NCBI GenBank assembly: GCA_050013255.1
Contig: JBEKFP010000002.1
Span: 384,001-448,000 of the forward strand
Source: Candidatus Bathyarchaeia archaeon
GTDB taxonomy: Archaea; Thermoproteota; Bathyarchaeia; 40CM-2-53-6
Direction: 5' to 3'
Length of the DNA stretch: 64,000 nucleotides
Shown here: piece after piece, positions 38,638 through 47,530 of the stretch
Position numbering within the stretch: position 1 is the first letter of the stretch
Layout: the number at the start of each line of letters is the position of its first letter
Notes under the pieces: generated by a model
Databases searched by the model: none
Told to the model about the DNA's origin: nothing
What the model saw: only the letters and a program-made list of their open reading frames with translations
Made by a program: the position numbers and the translations under genes

Positions 38638-38964
38638 GTGACTGAACTATTGAGCAAAGGTAAACGCCAGTACAGAGGACAGTTAGAGATCACAGCGAAC
38701 ATACTCGAAATCACCAAGCCCGGCTCGCGAAAAACCAATATAATGTACCAAGGCAACCTGAGCTTCGACCTCACCCAAAAATACCTGAAACAACTCGAAG
38801 ATATGCAGCTAATCGAAGTTAAGAAGAGCAACGGGGACAAAGTGTACACGATCACGGCGAAGGGCGAACAATTCCTCGCAGACTTCTACGAACTACAGAA
38901 ACACAGCGAAATTGCCGATAATAAGAAACGCGAGCTAAAGGGTGCGCTCGCGGCACGACCTTAG
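38638..38964 (+). CDS. Archaeal winged-HTH transcriptional regulator (paralog of upstream gene)
   Basis: YRGQLEITANIL..KTNIMYQGNLS..YTITAKG. Confidence 0.85.
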   Translation: MTELLSKGKRQYRGQLEITANILEITKPGSRKTNIMYQGNLSFDLTQKYLKQLEDMQLIEVKKSNGDKVYTITAKGEQFLADFYELQKHSEIADNKKRELKGALAARP

Positions 38965-39035
38965 CAACGCCTAGTGCGAAGATCATTAACTTCGCCAACG
39001 GCATCACCCTCCTCACATAAATTCGGCAACGCGTC

Positions 39036-39452
39036 ATGATTACGGATGAGGTCGCAATGGCTTTGGGAGAAGTTGCGGGGGGCCCCGATGAAGTTCTGCG
39101 GTCGCTCGGATTTACCGCTGATGAGAGCCAAGCCCTAATCAAGCGGATTGAGGATCGACAGGTTGAACGCACGCGTCGAGTGTACACTAGCCTTAAGACT
39201 TCATCCAATAAACTTCGGCGAGTAAGTATCGTTTTGTGGGGTTACAGTTTCGGAGTTTGGCTCTACGTGATAGCCATGCAACTCCGCTACCCAGAATCCC
39301 CCTACTGGCCTTTCGCTGTTTGGATACCCATCCGCCTGGATTACATAGGTGAACTAGCATTCTTCCTATCTTTCATCTTCGGAATCTTCGCGATAACCTG
39401 GACCACCCGAGAGGTACGCAACATCAGACGAATCAGAGACGAAATTGCCTGA
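39036..39452 (+). CDS. Hypothetical 2-TM membrane protein
   Basis: 138-aa ORF with two C-terminal hydrophobic helices. Confidence 0.6.
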   Translation: MITDEVAMALGEVAGGPDEVLRSLGFTADESQALIKRIEDRQVERTRRVYTSLKTSSNKLRRVSIVLWGYSFGVWLYVIAMQLRYPESPYWPFAVWIPIRLDYIGELAFFLSFIFGIFAITWTTREVRNIRRIRDEIA

Positions 39453-39460
39453 AGCCGGGG

Positions 39461-39536
39461 CGAACTACAGAAACACAGCGAAATCGCAGACAGCAAGAAA
39501 CGGGTTCTCGAAGGCGCATTAAGCAGACACAACTAA
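39461..39536 (+). pseudogene. Duplicated 3' end of the wHTH gene 38638-38964
   Basis: 24-nt identity with 38889-38912, then ELQKHSEIADSKKRVLEGALSRHN* versus ELQKHSEIADNKKRELKGALAARP*. Confidence 0.8.
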
Positions 39537-39635
39537 GTAGGCAGGTTCGTAGCTGGACGAGAAGGAAGGCGGATTTATCGGAGAATTCGTTTAGGATTTT
39601 TCTGGGTGCGTGAGAGGAGGCAGTTTACCGAGGCG

Positions 39636-39888
39636 TGCGCGCACGCTTGGAGGGACCCCCCAGGGGGGTGGTGCATTTTTTGGGGTCAAGAGGGGTTGAT
39701 TTTGCGGTTTTGGGAAACGGTTTTGGTTCACGCCTTGTCGGCCTTTCGAAGTGGATTTCGGGTTGTTTCCCCAAAAAAGTTGAGTCTGTAGTCTAGGTTT
39801 GAAGCCTCCTTTCCCGCTGTGCTATCTGTTGGAGCCAATTGGTTCACGTAGTCGACCAGCGTTCTTGGCACCGTTTGGCACCACCCCT
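39636..39888. repeat. Non-coding repeat, copy A (contains inverted GGGGTGGTGC/GCACCACCCC)
   Basis: Homologous to 41102-41325 at both ends. Confidence 0.75.
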
Positions 39889-39969
39889 TGATGGGTGGAT
39901 CCACCCTAGGATGGACCGCTGCAAGCTGAGACGAAGGGCGTTACGTGGTTGTGTTAGCCTTTGCCTTCT

Positions 39970-40046
39970 GGGGGGGTGGGTGGTGTAATTTTGTGGGGAG
40001 AACATGTTACTTTATTGATGGCTTCTCAAACCGTGCAGAGCCAAGA
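39970..40046 (+). repeat. Internally deleted copy of the upstream/5' region of gene 46189-46902
   Basis: 39970-40017 matches 46061-46106; 40018-40046 matches 46246-46274. Confidence 0.7.
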
Positions 40047-40084
40047 CGTAAATTGCAGCACACACATACACACACAGACCGACC

Positions 40085-40318
40085 ATGGGGACCAAGAATA
40101 TAGCCGTTTCCGACGAGGCGTACCAGATGCTCAAGGCGCTCAAGAGGCCTAGTGAAAGCTTCACGGACGTTATTGAGAGAATAACCCGCGGAAGCGCGGT
40201 TCTGGACCTGGCAGGAATTGTGTCCAAAACAGAGGCCGCAAGCATCGAGAAACGCGTCAAGAACATCAGAAGGCAAAGCTCTCAACGAATCCTTAGCACG
40301 GCTGAAGGGCTGAAGTAG
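40085..40318 (+). CDS. vapB: VapB-family antitoxin
   Basis: TKNIAVSDEAY..LK..ESFTDVIER..LAG. Confidence 0.88.
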   Translation: MGTKNIAVSDEAYQMLKALKRPSESFTDVIERITRGSAVLDLAGIVSKTEAASIEKRVKNIRRQSSQRILSTAEGLK

Positions 40319-40320
40319 AC

Positions 40321-40713
40321 TTGCTCGCCGACACGACCTTCATAATTGATGTAATGAGGAACGATACAAGTGCGGTTCGAAAAGCTGAGGATCTATCAGG
40401 CGGTTCAGTCGCCATCATGGTAGGAACACCGACCGTTTTTGAACTGTACGTCGGAGTGGGTTTGAGTGTGAGGTCTGCTGAGGAGAGGGAAAGGGTACTT
40501 GGTATACTCAGGTCGCTTCCCCACTTATCCTTGGACGTCGCCTCGGCATCCAAAGCGGGAATGATTTACGCCCAACGTGTCAAAGAGAAAACTAAGATTG
40601 ACCCCGAAGACGCTATGCTGGCGGGTATAGCGATCCAAAACAATGAGCCTCTGCTAACTCGAAACAGAAAGGATTTCGCAGGAATACCTGAACTGAAGGT
40701 CGAAACGTACTAG
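40321..40713 (+). CDS. vapC: VapC PIN toxin
   Basis: ADTTFIID, ELYVG, DAMLAGIA, LLTRNRKDF. Confidence 0.9.
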   Translation: MLADTTFIIDVMRNDTSAVRKAEDLSGGSVAIMVGTPTVFELYVGVGLSVRSAEERERVLGILRSLPHLSLDVASASKAGMIYAQRVKEKTKIDPEDAMLAGIAIQNNEPLLTRNRKDFAGIPELKVETY

Positions 40714-41101
40714 GGAAAAAGAAAATCGTCAAGAAGTGGAAGCAGAGGAAACACGAAACCGGCAAACACCAAGTCCACGCGATAAAAAGGGTACGCTGAA
40801 TCATTATGGTCCAACGGATTCACTACGCCGCGTGAATGCGGATTTCAAGATAAGATCCGCATTAGAAGAATGGTTCCCGTAAAGAGTGTTGACGTCCCTC
40901 GACCACGCTCTCTCCTGCGTGAACTGAAGCGGGAAGAGAAGGGGTACCAGAAAGTAGTGAACATGGCGCAGGCGAAACACGCCAGAAAAGCCACACAAAA
41001 CAACTAACCCGCGGTGGGTGGATGCCCCCTAATGTTCGGGGGGTCACCCCTTGCCATCTTTGAGGCACCCGGTGGTAGGGTGTTATACATTCTGGGTTTA
41101 T

Positions 41102-41325
41102 CGCGCGCACGCTTGATAAGGGGGATAGGGGGGTGGTGCATTTTTTGGCGTCAAGAGGGGCTGATTTTGGGTTTTTTTCTGCCTGAACTGAGGTGGCAAA
41201 TGGTTACACTCACTCATCGGGTGTATGCACCCCGGAAAATCGACTGGGCAATAGCTGTAATCACGTTACTAAGGAACGGTTCCCCTACTCAACCAGCACT
41301 CTTGGCACCGTTTGGCACCACCCCT
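41102..41325. repeat. Non-coding repeat, copy B
   Basis: Shares GCGCGCACGCTTG, GGGGGTGGTGCATTTTTTGG-GTCAAGAGGGG and CTTGGCACCGTTTGGCACCACCCCT with copy A. Confidence 0.75.
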
Positions 41326-41383
41326 GCGGCATTGTCCGCGACAAAGGAAGAGCTGTTCGAATCGTCGTTCAACTTAGACATAT

Positions 41384-41818
41384 TCACTTGTCTTTAAGAT
41401 CCCGCAAGTGCATCGTCGGAACTTCCTTTGAGGCTTTCTCGTAGAATGCGTCGTCAGCCGTTAGGAGGGTCGCTCCCGTCTTCTCTGAAGCCTTCACATA
41501 GACGCTATCGTAGTAAGTCACGTCGTTCTTCATTGCCCAAGTTAGTGCCCCCAAAGATTCTTGCTCATCCAATTCAACGCAGTCCAGTTTGAGCTTGATG
41601 AACTGTGAGAACTTCCGTGACGCTTCGTGAGCGTCGATCACTTGCTGCTTGACAGCCTTCCAGAGAGCGTTCCCAACCTCGTAATTCACAACCCCAGGTG
41701 CCTTCAGCTCGATCGCATCCTCGTGGAACTTCTGAAGAAGCAAATCCGCCTTTTCCGAGAGTTCCTCAAACAGCAGGAATCTTGCCGCCACGGAAGCATC
41801 TACAACATACACCCTCAA
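41384..41818 (-). CDS. vapC: VapC PIN toxin
   Basis: VVDASV, YEVGNALWK, TYYDSVYV, LLTAD. Confidence 0.9.
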   Translation of the reverse strand: MRVYVVDASVAARFLLFEELSEKADLLLQKFHEDAIELKAPGVVNYEVGNALWKAVKQQVIDAHEASRKFSQFIKLKLDCVELDEQESLGALTWAMKNDVTYYDSVYVKASEKTGATLLTADDAFYEKASKEVPTMHLRDLKDK

Positions 41819-42057
41819 CGGGTCTTCCTCGCTTCCCGAATTGTCTGATTTATGAATCCTCTTGGCGCGACATGCTTGCGCTTGCGAATGTCCTCAAGAA
41901 GTTCCTGCGCAGCTTTCTTCCGTTCCTCTCGCTCAATCCTCTCCGCAATCGATTCGCGAATATACCGAGACCAGTTGATAGTGACCTCACTCATCCTCTT
42001 TCTCAGCCTATCGTCGACCTTCACAGTAATCGTCCGCACGAATGACACTACCAGCAA
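41815..42057 (-). CDS. RHH-type antitoxin
   Basis: TITVKVDDRLRKRM..INWSRYIRESI; 4-nt overlap with the PIN gene. Confidence 0.85.
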   Translation of the reverse strand: MLVVSFVRTITVKVDDRLRKRMSEVTINWSRYIRESIAERIEREERKKAAQELLEDIRKRKHVAPRGFINQTIREARKTR

Positions 42058-42105
42058 GCATTACCCCAGTACACCCTAAAAGGCTTACTTTAGAACGGAT
42101 TTGAG

Positions 42106-42310
42106 CAAGAAACCCCACATGCTTCAGCGGTGGGATGAATTGCCATTCATGCAATACTAGAGAATCTTGGAGGTCATCGATTGGTTCTATCAAGTCTTCG
42201 TCTGCTACGAAGAGTTGACTCATCTGCATCGACTGAGGGATTACCGTCAGTCTCGGATTCCCATACCATCGCTTCACCTCCAGACGCGTCGGGGCTGAAC
42301 CAGAAATAAA
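42106..42310 (-). mobile_element. Possible IS200/IS605 (TnpB) end remnants
   Basis: Hairpin CCCCAC-ATGCT-TC-AGC-G-GTGGG at 42112-42134. Minus-strand WFSPDASGGEAMVWE...GNPSVDAD resembles archaeal TnpB C-terminal tails. Confidence 0.4.
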
Positions 42311-42562
42311 AGCGCTGGTTGTCCAGCGCAGCCCTCCAGCCCAGCAATTCACCGGGCGAGCTTGACCATTTAGCCAGTCAGGTTTTACGTGGTCAACAAC
42401 CAGCAACCAACATCGGCCCAGTCGGCTCTTTCGGGTACCAGAAACCCACATCCCGCCGTTGCCGGGGCTTCATCAACTGACGACTACCTTTGCCTACGAT
42501 TTCGAGCATGTATAAGGTGGATAGGTGGGTGGAAGTAATCAGCAGACGACGGACAGAACCAA

Positions 42563-42730
42563 TCGATTCAAGATTCCTGCTGGAGTACTTTCTCTTTGAC
42601 AACATGCGAACATACCAACCGGCGATTGCATAATCGCGTCAACCGCTCTGGCAAAGAAAGCCAGGATCCTCTCAGATGAGGATCTCATCACTATGAGGAG
42701 ATCAAAGGCAAATCGAATACCTGGTTCTAG
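42563..42730 (+). pseudogene. Internally deleted PIN gene, copy of 43719-44103
   Basis: 42564-42603 matches 43719-43758; about 42607-42748 matches 43985-44120; the central ~225 nt are missing. Confidence 0.8.
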
Positions 42731-42894
42731 AAAGCCACTCCCGTATCCTAGCAGAAAACCATCGTAAGCCCTCTACCAGACTTGAACAAGTAACGCGCTG
42801 AGCTAAGTCCCTGTTTGAGCCGATCATCTCAAGCCGTGCAACAAAGTCGCTCTAGCTCATGGCATACGGTTCCATACCCAGAGACTCAGCCTCC

Positions 42895-43368
42895 TCAATC
42901 CGAAGACGACTCACTGATCGCTTTGCTCGAGACGAACCTTCCGTATCTTCTGGACAGTAAATCGAGCATCTGCCTGGGTGAAAGGATCCTAATTCCTTTG
43001 AATTTCTTGATGTCCAGCAGGTGATGGTCTCCGCTGACCACGAATTCGCATTTTCCATCGTAGGCTGCGTTCAGAATCGTGTTGTCTGCAGGATCCTCTT
43101 TCACGGCCTTGAACTCAGATCTTACCTCAATCATCTGAGACGTCTTCCTGAGGAGTCTCGCCAACTCTTCAACGTTGGCGAGAGTGTAGTCAAACCTGAC
43201 GAGCAGCTCATCCCTTGACATCACTCGCACAAATTCTCGGATTATTTGTTCAGAGAGAACAAGTTGCACGTCTTCAAGGGTCAGGGCGACGTCCAACACT
43301 CTTGCTGAATTCCCTGTCCTTGAAATGAAGGCGGAGACCAATACGTTTGTGTCGAGTATTACTCTCAT
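42895..43368 (-). CDS. PIN-family toxin
   Basis: MRVILDTNVLVSA, EDPADN, VSGDHHLL. Confidence 0.9.
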   Translation of the reverse strand: MRVILDTNVLVSAFISRTGNSARVLDVALTLEDVQLVLSEQIIREFVRVMSRDELLVRFDYTLANVEELARLLRKTSQMIEVRSEFKAVKEDPADNTILNAAYDGKCEFVVSGDHHLLDIKKFKGIRILSPRQMLDLLSRRYGRFVSSKAISESSSD

Positions 43369-43640
43369 TCACGCGACTTTCTAACAGCGTGGATGAGCCT
43401 CTCGATTTCCTTCTCTGAGAGGCCGTGCGTCTTGGCAGAAGATCTGGCCTCAGCGAGAAGCTTCTTGAGTTTCAACTTCTCTTCGGAGAGTTGAAGCTTT
43501 CTCAGGACTATGATGTCTTCTAACCCGACGACGAGAAACTTGGTCCCTTCTTTCAATCCCATCTTTCTCCTGACTTGGGCCGGGATCACAACCTGCCCCT
43601 TTTGTGAAAGCCTGGTTAGTTCAAGAGCCATCCGATTCAC
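43365..43640 (-). CDS. AbrB/MazE/SpoVT-family antitoxin
   Basis: LSQKGQVVIPAQVRRKMGLKEG. Confidence 0.9.
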   Translation of the reverse strand: MNRMALELTRLSQKGQVVIPAQVRRKMGLKEGTKFLVVGLEDIIVLRKLQLSEEKLKLKKLLAEARSSAKTHGLSEKEIERLIHAVRKSRE

Positions 43641-43650
43641 TCAGTAAGAT

Positions 43651-44103
43651 ATGTCTTACTTCCGCTATATGTGCCTATGTCGTTCGTTCAAAGGGCTTCC
43701 CCATTTATCCTTGGACGTCGATTCAAGATTCCTGCTGGAGTACTTTCTCTCTGACAACCAGGAGACAAAGTCGAGGGCTTCCAAGCGGCTCAGAAGCATA
43801 GTGGAGAAGAGAACTGGCATCCTACCTACGATAGTTGTGGCCGAAATCGTGTGCTACGTCTCCGACAAACGCGGGAGGGAAGAAGCAACCCTCAGATACC
43901 TATCTCTTAAGAGAAGCGGCCTCACAATCGCCGACCTTACAGCCGAGATAGCAAGAGAAGCAGGCCTCCTGAAGAGCATACACCCGAACATACCAACCGG
44001 CGACTGCATAATCGCGTCAACCGCTCTAGCGAAAAAAGCCAAGATCCTCTCAGATGATCACCACTATGACGAGATCAAAGGCATATCAAGAACCTCGTTC
44101 TAG
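43651..44103 (+). CDS. Orphan PIN-domain protein with chimeric 5' end (possibly pseudogene)
   Basis: VDSRFL, VVAEI, TGDCIIASTA, ILSDDHHY; 5' segment matches vapC 40515-40540. Confidence 0.65.
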   Translation: MSYFRYMCLCRSFKGLPHLSLDVDSRFLLEYFLSDNQETKSRASKRLRSIVEKRTGILPTIVVAEIVCYVSDKRGREEATLRYLSLKRSGLTIADLTAEIAREAGLLKSIHPNIPTGDCIIASTALAKKAKILSDDHHYDEIKGISRTSF

Positions 44104-44229
44104 ACAGCCACTGCCGTATCCGAATGGAAAGCAAGGCGAGCAGCCAGTTTTCATTGTTTCCCGGCCTTGCTGCGTTAGTGGGTGTTGAGGTTCGCCCCGC
44201 GATTGAGACAAGCCTCACTGCCGAGCCTC

Positions 44230-44706
44230 CTATTGTTCAAGAAGAAGTTCAACTGTTTGTCTGGTTGTCCTCGCCTTTGTGACTTTCCTCAGCAACTCCT
44301 TGTCTCCCGTGACCAAGATCTCGCAGTCCAGTTCGCTAAATCCTGCTAGGACGTGCACATCTTTCTTGTCCGCTAGTCTCGAGGAGTACTTTCGAAGTTG
44401 TGACCGTTTCAGGCTTTCGCTTACCCGGATACATTTACTTGTGTATGAAAGGAATGCGGCGATTTCTTCTTCGCTTAACCCGAACTCCTCTGCGTGGAGA
44501 ACCCCGTTAACCTCATCGATGACATAACGCGTCGTCACTAGTGTGCAGAGACCGGTTTTCCCTAGCCTGAGTAGGAGGGCCTCGTTTCCTTCAAAGAGGA
44601 GACCACTGACGATCGTGTTTGCGTCAACGAAAATCGTGAGCCGTCTCTTTCCAGAGTTTTGCTCGTTCTCTCTCCACAATTTCATTAACACGTGCCATTG
44701 TCGCAC
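44230..44706 (-). CDS. PIN-family toxin
   Basis: IFVDANTIVSG, DKKDVHVL, LVTGDKELL. True start probably nearer 44640-44685. Confidence 0.85.
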   Translation of the reverse strand: MRQWHVLMKLWRENEQNSGKRRLTIFVDANTIVSGLLFEGNEALLLRLGKTGLCTLVTTRYVIDEVNGVLHAEEFGLSEEEIAAFLSYTSKCIRVSESLKRSQLRKYSSRLADKKDVHVLAGFSELDCEILVTGDKELLRKVTKARTTRQTVELLLEQ

Positions 44707-44893
44707 CAGTCTTCTTAAACCTCTTACGGAGAATCCTCAAAGTCTCCTCGTCGGCCTCAAACGGTCTAAGCAAAACCACGTCGCCCACGTCGTCAAGGAC
44801 AACGAGGGACGCGCCCCGCAGGCCAAGTTTCTCCCTCATCTTCTTCGGTATGGTTATTTGTCCTGCAGAAGTTAGTTTGCTCACATAGCTCAT
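44624..44893 (-). CDS. AbrB/MazE/SpoVT-family antitoxin
   Basis: SKLTSAGQITIPKKMREKLGL. Confidence 0.88.
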   Translation of the reverse strand: MSYVSKLTSAGQITIPKKMREKLGLRGASLVVLDDVGDVVLLRPFEADEETLRILRKRFKKTGATMARVNEIVERERAKLWKETAHDFR

Positions 44894-45139
44894 AACTGGT
44901 CTAAGCCATCTAATGATTTCTTAGATATAAGAACACAGCGTCGGTATTTGCTTCTCTGGGAAGCAGGTTGAGTGGGGACCACTCTTAGTTGAATGTCGTC
45001 TTGAAAATGCTTGGCCATGACGCTGTTGAGTTTGTACTTGTCGCTAGGACCAAGATCACCGATCATTAAGGCTCGAATTGTCCATCCCATTGTAATTGTT
45101 CTCTTGAACGTCTTTTGGATGGTAATCGTCGGATATCTT

Positions 45140-45346
45140 TCTACACGCGAGAAGGTTATGCGCCACTTGAAGAAGGCTCAGTCAGCCGACAAAGTGTTCA
45201 AAGGTTTCCGAGCCTACTACAACTTCGTACGCCCACACATGGCATTAGAGAACCACACGCCAGCACAAGCCGCCGCAATCCCAATCGAACTAGGCACAAA
45301 CAGATGGCTAGACCTAATCCGACAAGCAGCAAGAAACAGAAACTAA
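45140..45346 (+). mobile_element. C-terminal fragment of an archaeal IS6-like DDE transposase
   Basis: REKVMRHLK..FRAYYNFVRPHMAL..TPAQAA..LGTNRWLDLI; catalytic N-terminal part absent. Confidence 0.75.
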
Positions 45347-45480
45347 CTGTTTTCTTCGCACATAACCATGTTTCGATTCGTGAAAACTAGGGGAACCCGT
45401 AAGAGCGTGACTCCTTACTTAACCTAATCAGGAAAGAAAGTTGAAATTCATCAAAGCCGAAACGAGAGGAGATGAGTTGA

Positions 45481-45696
45481 ATGCTTTCGTTACTTTATGA
45501 TTTGATTCTTCGCGTAATCATCATTATTGCTCTTACTGACGCAATCATATTTTACCTGATATCCATAAAGAGCCAGAAGATAACGAGATTCGGCTATGGC
45601 GTACTGACGTTCTTGGTCATTGTTGTTACGTTGATACCGCTCATCATTAACATTTGGTTCGTCCTATGGAGATACGGCGTACTCAATGTGCGTTAG
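45481..45696 (+). CDS. Small 2-TM membrane protein
   Basis: 71-aa hydrophobic, AT-rich ORF. Confidence 0.6.
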   Translation: MLSLLYDLILRVIIIIALTDAIIFYLISIKSQKITRFGYGVLTFLVIVVTLIPLIINIWFVLWRYGVLNVR

Positions 45697-45708
45697 GAGG
45701 GAAGAAAG

Positions 45709-45984
45709 TTGAAAGGATTAACGAGCAAAGAACACCTATTCCTGCGAGTACTGTCTACTGTTATTTTCATTAATGCCGTTGTTTTCTATAATGCTTCACG
45801 TTACATGCAAACTTTCGTAGCTAATTTCTTTGAAGTCATAGCGTTTACTACTGGTCTTACGCTGTTCGTTCTTACGATACAACTGTTATTCTGGTGGAAG
45901 TATCTACGAAAACCGGACAATCAGCGATTTTGGGTTTGGGATTTTTGGACTCTAATTTCTCGGAAACCAGAGAACTCGAACTAG
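45709..45984 (+). CDS. Small 2-TM membrane protein
   Basis: 91-aa ORF preceded by AGGAGG. Confidence 0.6.
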   Translation: MKGLTSKEHLFLRVLSTVIFINAVVFYNASRYMQTFVANFFEVIAFTTGLTLFVLTIQLLFWWKYLRKPDNQRFWVWDFWTLISRKPENSN

Positions 45985-46188
45985 ACTGAGCTACTTTTTG
46001 GGTTCTGAACTGCCCCAGAACGCTAGAACACTACCACCCGATAACGCAACAGAGCACCTGGAGGGGGGGTGGTGCAATTTTGTTGGGTCAACATGTTACT
46101 TTGTTGCGCAAGGAAAAGGGTGGAGAGAGAAAGTATGGTGGAATCGCTAACGATAAAAAGCGCCTCAGCGTTTGTTGTGTAGATTCTA

Positions 46189-46902
46189 ATGTTGAAAGGT
46201 AAGTTTGCGATCTGGCTAATCCTCCTGCTCATCCCGTTGCTCTTGATGGCTTCGCAAAGCGTGCAGAGCCAGGAGTACACGACCACAACAACCCTGGCCA
46301 CTACCACCGTCGCGGTTGGAACCCAAACTCTCACAACCACGCAGCCTCAGACGCGACCGATCTTCTCGGCGCCCCTTACGATTCCGCCTACGCATGGAGT
46401 GTGCGGAATCTTCTTCGTGCAACCCTTCAACGCTACCGTCGGAGATGTTCTTACCGGAACTATGACCTCGGACAGTAAGGTTGACTTCTACGTGATGACC
46501 GATACGGCCTTCCAGGCCTGGAGCCACCAGGTCGTAGCCGGAGGAACCTGCACACCAGCTAGCCCCGTCCTAAGCCAACAAGGCACGACCTCATTTAATT
46601 TCACCACCACCATACCCTCCAACGGTGTCTACGAACTTGTCATAGACAACCTCTCCCACTCAACCGTGAACGGACAACTCACCGCTGCACTTACTGTTGC
46701 GGCGCCGGCCGTGGTCACGGCCACCGTATATTCAACTGTGACTCAAGAAAATATTCAAACGGTCATGCAGACCTCAACGCAAAACACTGGCAGCCCCACC
46801 TCTGGGACCATGCCTTTGATTGTCGTAGCGCTGATCGTTGTGATCCTCGCCGTTCTCATCTATGCGGCTAGAAAGAAACGACTCCACGCTGCAAGCAAGT
46901 AA
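46189..46902 (+). CDS. Secreted, C-terminally anchored Thr-rich protein
   Basis: Signal peptide, Thr-rich linkers, beta domain (VDFYVM..GVYELVIDN), C-terminal TM plus RKKR. Confidence 0.75.
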   Translation: MLKGKFAIWLILLLIPLLLMASQSVQSQEYTTTTTLATTTVAVGTQTLTTTQPQTRPIFSAPLTIPPTHGVCGIFFVQPFNATVGDVLTGTMTSDSKVDFYVMTDTAFQAWSHQVVAGGTCTPASPVLSQQGTTSFNFTTTIPSNGVYELVIDNLSHSTVNGQLTAALTVAAPAVVTATVYSTVTQENIQTVMQTSTQNTGSPTSGTMPLIVVALIVVILAVLIYAARKKRLHAASK

Positions 46903-47038
46903 CTCCCCAAAATCTCCGTAATAGCAGGTTCTAGAGAAACGACTCTTCCCTAATCACGGTATGTCCCTAGCCGTCTAGGGAATAACTATCGATGGTCTGC
47001 CTACCGAGTAACAGATCCGATTCGATTCCAAGAACCCT

Positions 47039-47530
47039 TCATAACCTGTTGAACTGTAAGACCTGGGGATCACGTTTCATCTTGTTCCATCGGGCTATCA
47101 TACGCCTGTAGTTTGCGCCGAGTGCTCTCGGCAGCTGCCTAGTCCAGCGGAAGTTTGAAAACTCGCTACCGTCGGCTCTTGCCTGGCCTTTAAGATGCTT
47201 GGCTGCTATGCAAACAGGAAGATCGGAGCGTAAAGGGAACCTTATCGGAAAGACGCCTACCAAGAATAGATCACGGGCAGAAAGACCATACTCTGCAAGT
47301 ATCCTTCTGGCTGCAGTTTGCAGGCGTTCACCTTTGCCGATGCGGCCTCCGGGAAGAGCCCACACGTTTCTGTAGGGCGGTATTTGTCGCCATCCGAGAA
47401 GCACCCTGCCTTTGGAATCCTCAACAATGACATCTACACACGGAATTGGGATGTATCGTTTTACTTGATTCCACAGCCCGTCCGGCATCCACTCAATTGA
47501 TTTCTTTCGTCGCAAAAGAGGGGAAGACAT
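47039..47530 (-). CDS. NUDIX hydrolase (sugar-nucleotide hydrolase-like)
   Basis: PIPCVDVIV, WALPGGRIGKGERLQTAARRILAEYGL. Confidence 0.8.
   Translation of the reverse strand: MSSPLLRRKKSIEWMPDGLWNQVKRYIPIPCVDVIVEDSKGRVLLGWRQIPPYRNVWALPGGRIGKGERLQTAARRILAEYGLSARDLFLVGVFPIRFPLRSDLPVCIAAKHLKGQARADGSEFSNFRWTRQLPRALGANYRRMIARWNKMKRDPQVLQFNRL

Noticed and set aside
38900-46100. Integron cassette array or CRISPR array
   Set aside because: No integrase, no convincing attC sites, mixed gene orientations, and no regularly spaced identical repeats.
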